A stretch of DNA of 48,766 nucleotides from Octopus bimaculoides (taxonomy: Eukaryota). A model generated the notes under the pieces. It saw only the letters and a program-made list of their open reading frames with translations. It made no database searches and was not told where the DNA came from. Where the stretch lies: assembly GCF_001194135.2 (NCBI RefSeq), contig NC_069004.1, positions 21,659,766 through 21,708,531 of the forward strand, written 5' to 3'. Every line of letters begins with the position of its first letter. Within the stretch, counting starts at the first letter, position 1. The translations under genes and the position numbers were made by a program. Below, one piece after another: positions 39,601-48,766 of the stretch.

Positions 39601-40540
39601 GCCATTATTAATTATGGGACTGTTGTTGTAGCCATCATTGTGATGGTGGTTGTTTCATCAAGATTGCTTAACCATTATTGCTGTTATTGGTTAGGTCAAA
39701 ATCAGCTTTGACTGAGCAGACATGCGATTAAAAACACACCAGCATTAACCACATTTGTTTTAGTAGGCAAGGTGTACGCCAGGTTAGAATATCTAATATG
39801 TTGTCTGTGTCTGTGACAATAAGACATTTCCAATGTCAGTCTGATTTGTATTGTTCTTCACTGAAAGCTGGATAAGGAATTTAGCTGACCAACATCTGAC
39901 CCCTTACAATGAATATAGCATTTCCTATTGCAAATATAAAGTATCTAGTCTCCTTGTTATCTCTAACCATTTGTCAATTCCCTTCACCATCTTACAAACT
40001 TACACACCTTTCCCAATCCTCTAGCCCCGACTCTCTCTTCATTTTCTTGTGGCTTAAGTGTACGCCCTGACACTTTATCACCACCATCTTTATCTCCCTT
40101 CCCAGTTAGGGTAGCCATCTATCTAGCCATGTATCTCCTCTACAGCAAGACACTTTTTCCTACCCCCTATCATATTTTAGCCTCTCAACACCTGACATAA
40201 AGTTATCTTCCTCTCTAATACCTCCCCACTCAGTCGAGGACTTTGGTGTTGCTGATTACTTGGTGATTTCACAACAGCCTGGTGTAGCTGCACCGACAGA
40301 GGTACCACCTCCTACGAAGATAATAGGATCACAGGAGCACAAAGAAAACAAGAGCTGTGCAAGTCTGGAGCAAACTCCTTGCATTCATTCCCAGCAGACC
40401 ACCATTGCTTGACCTGCAGCAGAACCTGAGCATGCATTGGATTGATTGGCCACACCCGGACATACCATGTCCCATCATCTTTTTCCATGTGATGTCCTTG
40501 GTCATCATCAACAACAATGGACGAACGTTATATGTATGTA

Positions 40541-40575
<35 letters not shown>

Positions 40576-40970
40576 ATGACTTGTGAACTTTGCTTCTTTG
40601 TGTATGCATACATATACATGTGAGAGTGCACGTGTGTGCGTGCATAAACGTGTGTGCATGTATGAACGTGTGTGCATGTGTGTACGGGCGCACACGCAGA
40701 TGCCTGTATGTAGGTAATAGCATTCTTTTTGCTAAAACTTTAAAAATTTTGTTCGGTTTTTGTAATTGTGAAATTTTTTCGCCATGAATGGTTTGTGTTT
40801 TTAAACGGAATGTATTTTTTCTGATGTTATATTTATTCCTGAATGATGTGTAAAGAAATTTTGATTTAAGCCTCTTAATGAATTCTTTATACTGAAATAT
40901 ATATTGAAGATAAATATGTTCATTTGAATTTATACGTTTTTGCGTCGTAACTCCTTTATTATTATTTATA

Positions 40971-41021
<51 letters not shown>

Positions 41022-43107
41022 TCACACACACACACACACACACACACACATTATATGAACTAAAACAAACTAGTGTTTTTCTAAGTGTAATGGATATAAA
41101 GTCATAGGTTTTACAAATCATTTAATCAATATACAATTCTTAGAGATCATATGGATCAATGAGAGTTCAAAATGTTCATAGCAGAGTTTCCATGACCTCA
41201 GAAGCTAAGGATACCCATATATGTCAGCTAAACTAAAATTTATATTAGTTATCTTTTCCAGAACAGGGTGAGTGAACACACTCGCACACACAAGCAGAGT
41301 GCCATGGACGTCACAAGAAAACCAAGTTGGTAATACTAACTCATAAAGTTGGTTTACATGTGTTGATAAGAAAAATGACAAAAGGTACACAGAAGATTAA
41401 GTATGGTTGGATGCGTAAGAATAAGTATCCCAAAAGATTAAGTATGGAAGCACACATTGCAATGAGTAAATGAAATGATTTAACCAAAAGAAAAAAAAAG
41501 CAGGTTGAAAAAAAAACATTCAAATAAATGAAATAGAGAGAAAAAATTGCATAGGTGTATCAGAGAGAGGAGGAAGAAGAAAAAGGGTCAACAATAAAAC
41601 AAAAAATATAAGTAAGCAAGCAGAGATAAATACAGGTATGTTTGTATAGAGGCCAGCTCTAGCTAAATACACATCTTTCACATTCCAGTTTTGGAAAATA
41701 AAAAAAAAAGCTGATGAACATATTTGTCATGGCATAAATATAATAATAACACTGATGATGATGATGATGATAATATCTTTCATTGGTTACAAGGTCAAAG
41801 ACAGAGAGGACAATACAAGGACAAAATGCAACACACAAAAGGTAGTGTTTACACTGTTTAACAAGAAGTGAACAAAGACAGAAGATATAAAATTTCAAGA
41901 AAAAAAATTCCTCAATCAGGGAAACACTTAGAATATTTCAGGACAAAAACCACACAAAGGCCTGGATTATTCTACCACATCCAAAACATCAAAAGTGGTT
42001 TCTACCAGTTTCTTTTCTTTAGAAAAGTGTGAAGATAAAGGGTTTGGTGGTTAGGATATTGCAGAAGATTTCAAGATTGCAGTTTCTATTCCCAGACCAG
42101 ACACTGTGTTGTGTTCTTGAGCAAAATTCTTTCAATTCACATTGCTTTGGTCCACTCAGCTGTAAATGAGTAACCCTGAAATGGACTGGAACCCTATTCA
42201 GGGAGAATGTTATGATCCCAGTCACTTATAAAAACCATAGAAACTAGGTAAATAACCTTATGAATGAATGAAAGGACTTGAGGCAGTAATTAACTTTTTC
42301 ACTTGGAAAAGTATAAACAGGATTGTCTCATTCAACATCACTAGCTGTGCCATTCTCACACATCTTTCATTAAGACAGCACCTTTCCTTCAGCCCTCATC
42401 TTCTCTTCAAGTAATTGAAATACAAAGCAGTGATGTGTATAAATATAAACTTGTTGTGAGTTGAAATATGTTTGAGATATATTGGAACCCGTAAGAAAGC
42501 CATTTTGTGATGGAGAAAATTTTTCGCTGCAAACAAATAAGTGTAAGTACACCAAATCAACTCAGTGTCACCTGACTGGCTTGTGAGATGCAAGCATTTT
42601 GGAGTGGTTATCTCCTCTTCAGCCACAGGTACTGGACAGGAAGATGCTGTAAGCCAACACAAGAGACAGTATCTCTCTCATGATAGTCCCGTCATTATTC
42701 AATGTCTGGTTGCATTATTCAGCAGCTCATGATAAAACACAGTGAATAGCTTCATTATGGGTTCAAATATGCCTCAAGTATGCTTGAACTAGTAACAAGT
42801 TTGTATTTAAAGCAACTGATGAGAGCTTGGCCAGATAGAAAAAAAACAGTCTTCAAACCTTTCAAACGAGTCCATCATGCATCATTCACCTCCGTCACCA
42901 GGCAAACTTATTGCCTTTCTCTAACTGAAGGAAGGTGGCAAATCTATTTTACTATAGACTCAGCTGATAGCCAGATCTGATCTGTCCTACACATAACAAG
43001 AGTTGTCAGACATAATAAACCCATAGATTGCAAAAGCAAGAACACTGAAAGACAACATATGTGACATTTTGGTCTCTCTCTCTCCGACTTTTACATTCTG
43101 TTTAAAA

Positions 43108-43273
43108 TACGACAGGCTTCTTCCAGTTTCCGTCTACCAAATCCACTCACAAGGCATTGGTTGGCCTGAGGCTATAGTAGAAGACACTTGCCCAAGGTGC
43201 CACGCAGTGGGATTGAACCCGGAACCATGTGGTTGGTAAGCAAGCTAATTACCACACAGCCACTCCTGCGCCT
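43108..43273 (-). mobile_element. SINE family A head, young
   Basis: Retains CpGs; close to the apparent consensus of the other copies. Confidence 0.9.
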
Positions 43274-43510
43274 ACATTAACATTACTTTGATGTTTTCCA
43301 CAGAGACAAAAGTATTTTCCCAACATTATTACTCGTATGGGTAACATGACAGTACGTTTAATAAAGTTTTAAAATTTTAATAACATCTCATTTTATTAGG
43401 AGACAAGAATCATCACTTTGAGTAAATCTATTCTTTTGGAAGGAAAATTTTAGTGGTTGTTGTTTAATGCCTTGATTGAATAAAACCACTTCACCTTTTA
43501 TTATATGTGT

Positions 43511-43875
43511 AGGCATGGTTGTGTGGTAAGAAGCTTGTTTCCCACCCACATGGTTCAGGGTTCAGTCTCATTGCATGGCACCTTGGGCAAGTGTCTTCTA
43601 CTTTAGCCTCGGAGAGACCAATGCTTTGTGAGTGGATTTGGTAGACAGAAACTGAAAGAAACCTGTTGCATGTATGTGTGTGTGTGTTTGTTTTGTCCCC
43701 TACTACTGCTTGACAACCAGTGTTGGTGTGCTAACATCCTGGTAACTTAGTAGTTCAGCAAAAGAGATTGATAGAATATAGAATTGAAAAAATATAAGTA
43801 CTGGGATCAGAATTTTTAGTTGAATGAATTGACTGGCCGCAGTCTAATTACTGAAACAAGTAAAAGGTAAAAGAT
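43511..43875 (+). mobile_element. SINE family A, full length
   Basis: Head plus tail; inverted relative to 43108-43273. Confidence 0.9.
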
Positions 43876-44176
43876 ATAGATATGAGACTAACTCTCTAAC
43901 AGTTCTGTTAAACTACCATCTTGAATTGGAACATTTTCTTATCAACCCCCACTCAAAAAGGATGAAAGGCAAAGTTGACGTCAGCAGGATTTGAACTCAG
44001 GAAAGAGAGAGTCAATCCAGACTCCAGCAACTCAGCCAATTTACCACATTAAACCCTGACTTATCTCCATTTTCTTCCATCTGACCTTTGCAAATAAGTG
44101 TTCATCTTCCATATCAATTATGTCGCTATATATAAAAAATAAGAGAAAAGTATGTGTGTGTATATGTATGTATGTA

Positions 44177-44267
<91 letters not shown>

Positions 44268-44379
44268 GTGTGTGTGTGTTTCAATGATGGTGGAAACAAA
44301 TGATAACAGCATCAGTGGTGATAATAATGTTGATAATGATGATGATAATAATGATTGAGGATTCCAAAGACTTCAAGGG

Positions 44380-44414
<35 letters not shown>

Positions 44415-44515
44415 ATGGTAATGAAGAATGGTAACTATGAGGAGGAGGAGCATGACTACAAGGATGGGGATGATAATGGTGACATTTAACCTTTTTCTTC
44501 TTAAACACTCCCTGA

Positions 44516-44579
<64 letters not shown>

Positions 44580-46014
44580 CCTTAGAACATTTCATAATAA
44601 TGTTCTCCTAACAGTTTAGGGGTTTATTTATATTTATTCTTGTTGGTGGGTGTGGGGAAGTGATATTTGTTGATCTTTTTCTCTTTTATTCTCTGAATCC
44701 CTATCTACTTTACTGACACTGGCCCCTCTATATTGTTGACTCAAAGACTGAACTTTTAGGAGCTATTCAATAAATAAGGAACCTTACTGTTCTCAAACTT
44801 CTGTTGACCTTTGTCCCCTCAGATCAAATCATAGCAAAGCTGCCACCTCTAACACCCATAGAGAGCCTCTTGGTGGTCACTCAACCTGCTAGAAACAGCA
44901 GCCAAACCTCAGATCACACAGCACCATCTTAAAAAAAATGTATACTGGATAATGTAGTCATGTATGCCCACCTAGACAAATAGGGACTCTCTACCTGCTC
45001 ATTCAACTTGCTAGACATAAGTACCAAATCTTCAAATTATACTTTACTATCTTAAATAAAAAAAGAGTATACTATAAACTATAGTTCCAGACATCATATC
45101 TGAAAACATAAATTAGAACGATCACAGGTTGAACATCTCAAATTATAAGTCTGCTCAAACAAGGCTGACCTGGAGTTAAACAACAATCCCATTAATGCTC
45201 CCTTGTTAGCATTGATTAAACAACCATATAATCTAAGGTCTTTCAGCTGTGACCTTCCCATCCTTTATTCAGAATTTATATATCTAAGACTAATTTATTC
45301 AACGTTCTGTATTTCTCAGACAGTAGGATACAGTAGGATTTGGCTACTATTTCTAGAATGGCAAGAGAGAAAACAGAGGATCCTTCTTAAACTGCTATGA
45401 TTAGTAGTGGTTAAAAACTATCAGACTTTATTCTAAAATATTTTCTGAAACTTGTGAATAACAAGATATACCAAAATTTGAAAATTTTTACTCAATTCTA
45501 AAGTTTCAAAGAGAAAAGATCCAGCAAATCTCCCTAAAATCAGATTCTATTTAGTTTTAAAAGTCAAAGAAATAAATTAGATAATGTAGTCCTAATAAAT
45601 TATGATTAAGAAAGAAATAAGCTTTTCGAGTTGCAACTTGAAAAGTTTTGACCATAAGTCTGCTTTATCAAAGCCACCTTAGGACTAAACCATAACAGAC
45701 TGACATGTACAGGAACAGACTAGACAGAAGATAGAGTGCAACATGTTCTTCCTGCATGATAAACTGCAGAGATACTGTAACACTGGATTTCAGCTTCACA
45801 TCAATTATCCAGGTATCTTTTATTAGACTGCAGCCATTCTGGGGCACCACTTTGGAAAATTTTTAGCCAAATGAATCAACCCCAGTACTTATTTTTTTAA
45901 GCTCAGGACTTATTCCATCGGTCTCTTTTGTCAAATCACTAAATTATTGGGATGTAAACACACCAACACTGGTCGTCAAGCAGCAGTGGGGGTCAAACCC
46001 AGACACAAAGAAAC

Positions 46015-46399
46015 TGTGGTGTTACATGTGGTGTTATGGGCTGTGATGAGCTATGTGTTGTTGATGGAGAGAGATTGCAGATGAAGCAAACGGAAGTGAA
46101 GACAGACCAGAAGGGCCAGACCGGAAGGGCCAGACCGGAAGGGCCAGACCAGAAGGGCCAGACCAGAAGGGCCAGACCAGAAGGGCCAGACCAGAAGGGC
46201 CAGACCAGAAGGGCCAGCGGAAGTCGGACACACATGGTGGACAGTGAGCACGTGTGGTCAGTTCGAAGATAAGATGGCGTATGTAGAAGACGTGGTTTGA
46301 TCTGGAGCGATCGTTTACCCCGCCACGGTGACAAGGTAAGGTCGCAGTATTTCGTTCTCGCTTTTGCTTCTTGTTGTCTTTTTCCTCCATCACACCACA
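46015..46399 (+). mobile_element. Solo LTR, 385 bp
   Basis: TG...CA ends; 8-bp terminal inverted repeat TGTGGTGT/ACACCACA; exact 5-bp TSD GAAAC (46010-46014 and 46400-46404). Strand inferred from the T-rich U5-like right end. Confidence 0.85.
46103..46214. repeat. 14-bp minisatellite CAGACC(A/G)GAAGGGC x8 inside the solo LTR
   Basis: Eight contiguous 14-nt units counted; only units 2 and 3 have G at position 7. Confidence 0.97.
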
Positions 46400-46659
46400 G
46401 AAACAAAATGAGACAACAAACCCAAGGCTGTAAGGAGTTTTCAGGACATTTATAAGGAAAAAGATACATAGTTTTACAGCTGTTTCTGGAATATTATGGA
46501 TATCTCTTCATCAAAGACAATGAGAGATAGATAAATATATACATATATACACGCACACACAATGACTGGGTTCTTTCAGTTTCTGTCTGCCAAATTCTCT
46601 CACAAGTAGAAGACACTTGCCCAAGGTACCATGCAGTGGGACTGAACAGTCATGTGGTT

Positions 46660-46880
46660 CAGAAACATGTGATGCAGATGGATGAGGACAGTTGCATAAA
46701 GAACTGTAGATCACGTAAAGTGGAGGTAAGTTGCGGAAGAGAGCAACATGGGAAAACATGCAACAAAGTAGTGAAAGCCAATCTCAAAATGTTGAACTTT
46801 ATGAAGGAAATGACAGAAGACCAAGATATGTGGCACATTTCTGTACTCAAGAAAACCCACCCACCACAACAGAATTAAGA
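46660..46880 (+). mobile_element. RTE LINE 3' fragment
   Basis: HVMQMDEDSCIKNC...GKTCNKVVKANL...DQDMW; homologous to the RTE at 563-990. Confidence 0.8.
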
Positions 46881-48065
46881 TCCTAAAACAAAGGTGCTAC
46901 ATAAAGGGCACTGGTATGGTTACTAGTGCCACTTAAAAAGTACTGGTGATGGTGCCATGTAAAAAGCACCCGGTATACTCTGTGGAGTGGTTTATGTTAG
47001 GAAAGGTATTTAGCCGTAGAAACCAAGCAAAACAGGCTATGGAACTTAGTGGCCATCTAACATACAAAATGAGCATTAAATTTTGACGATGGGGATGATA
47101 ATGAAAGAAAAACCAAAATAAATGGCACAAAACACACTTTAATAGACAGAGCTTTTTATGAAGACTATCAATTTTGAAAGTGCATTATGTTGTATAATAT
47201 AATTTGAGACAGAGAAAGTAGAGGGAATATTTTAGTCTTGTCACGACAATGTATCTGGTAAAATAAAATGCACTTAATTTTTTTTTCCCATCATCAACTA
47301 ATTTACAGCATGTATGATAGACACAATATCAACTTTTGAAAATGTTCTCCGCTGTTTAATCATGGAGAACTGTAACAAGTGGCAAGAGGCTGTGAGATAT
47401 CCAAATGGGTCACCATGGAAAAATTATGATGATATAACGACTGGAATAATATTTTTACAAAAGTGATATTTATAATTTGTAACTGTTGTAAAGTAAAGTA
47501 ACTATCTAGATGCCCATGATGCAAATGGTTTAATGATCACAGAGCAGAGATGACTCTTCAGTCTTGCTGGAGACATGACAAACTCTCTAATGCTTGTGCA
47601 ACAATAAAATACACCTAACTAGGATGTGATAGGAGAGGTACCATACACAGAGAATATACCCAAAATGGAATATACTAGTGAGATGCTGTTTCTGATTCAT
47701 CTAGGAGTATAGTAATTACAAATAATAATTGATTCTGAATGTGATGACACATCCAGCCCATGACAGTATGGAAAAGCAGAGAATAACAATAATGATGAGG
47801 AAGAGGGGGTTTAGCTTCAGGTCAGCCCTAATCTAGCAGATATATGATAAAAAAAACTTCCCTCTCTCTCTCATGTACATGTGTGTTTGTATATGCATCT
47901 ATAATTACACTGCCTTGTTATCTTAACACAGTAGGATGGGATCTGAGGAGAATTTGACTGATATTTTTAACAGGCTGAATGATTATGCAGTGGGACCATT
48001 ACTACAATGACAGGATACAAACAGCTGAAAGGCATCAGATATTTCAGAGCAGCTCTTAAAAGAAA

Positions 48066-48418
48066 CAGCCATGGGTGTGTGGTAGGAAGTTAACTTCCCA
48101 ACCACATGGACTGAGGTTCAGTGCCACTGCATTGTACTTTGGGCAAGAGCCTTCTACTACAACCCTAGGCTGACCAAAGTCTTGTAAGTGGATTTGGTAG
48201 ATGAAAGCTGAAACAAAACCGTGTGTGTGTGTGTGCGTGCGTGCGTGCGTGTGTGTGCAGATATGGCTGTGTGGTAAGAGGCTTGCTTCCCAATCACATG
48301 GTTCCAGGTTCAGTCCCACTGTGTAGCACCTGGGCAAATGTCTTCTATTATAACCGCAGGCCAACAAAAACCTTGTGAGTGGAATTGATAGATGGAAACT
48401 GAAAGAAGCCCATCATAT
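48066..48418 (+). mobile_element. Two tandem SINE family A heads
   Basis: 48066-48222 and 48262-48418, separated by a (TG/TGCG)n tract. Confidence 0.85.
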
Positions 48419-48435
48419 ATACATATATATGTATA

Positions 48436-48766
48436 ATATCAAAGGAAGGTTAACTAGGAAGTTAGTTTTTGTATGTAGCAGATGTTCAGGAGCTATAAAC
48501 ACTGTGAATGCACAGAAAACAACTTCTGCCACATTCCAGGGAGAAAAACGAGAAGTGGTTGATAGCTTCCGCTATCTTGGTGACCAAATTAGTAGTGGGG
48601 GTGGGTGCGCTGAAAGCGTAGCTGCTAGAATTAGAATAGCCTGGGCAAAGTTCAGAGAGCTCTTACCTCTGCTGGCGACAAAGGGTCTCTCTCTCAGAGT
48701 AAAAGGCAGATTGTATGACGCATGTGTACGAACAGCCATGCTTCATGGCAGTGAAACATGGGCCGT
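48436..48766 (+). mobile_element. Young RTE LINE fragment running off the window
   Basis: Stop-free frame of ~110 codons: FVCSRC...EVVDSFRYLGDQISSGGGCAESVAARIRIAWAKFRELLPLL...LHGSETWA. No ATG, so it is absent from the ORF track. Confidence 0.92.

Noticed and set aside
44050-44125. Exon-like DIIDMEDEHLFAKVRW, faintly like SH2D4 LFxKMR
   Set aside because: The acceptor is good, but the best donor (AAG|gtcaga) is phase 0 and the similarity is only about 4 residues. Unsupported.
46103-46214. Array read as CRISPR or as a repetitive protein (ORFs 45993-46469)
   Set aside because: The units are contiguous with no spacers, the context is eukaryotic, all frames are open only because the unit lacks stops, and the array lies inside an LTR.

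Overview
Eukaryotic, AT-rich, microsatellite-dense genomic DNA with three assembly gaps. The SINE/LINE repertoire looks like Octopus (inferred from recalled repeat families, not a search). The backbone is one partial minus-strand gene, an SH2D4A/B-like adaptor. Seven internal coding exons (22233 down to 3955) splice in frame: an N-terminal PP1-docking-like KKVEF/WVWVMG block, a charged coiled coil, PxxP motifs and a C-terminal SH2 domain. The conserved first coding exon and the last exon were not found. The introns hold two full-length dead mariner elements with TIRs and TA TSDs, a Chapaev3-like transposase relic, RTE LINE fragments of several subfamilies, Dong/R4-like RLE tails next to (AAT)n tracts, piggyBac-like and fold-back MITEs, many tRNA-derived SINEs and one clean 385-bp solo LTR. 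I found no convincing wholly new biological system. The best leads are a candidate alternative first exon giving a polybasic/CxC N-terminus, a GC-versus-GT donor ambiguity, a frame-preserving cassette with one UAG, the promoter-like solo LTR, and a PHD-like finger inside RTE ORF2.
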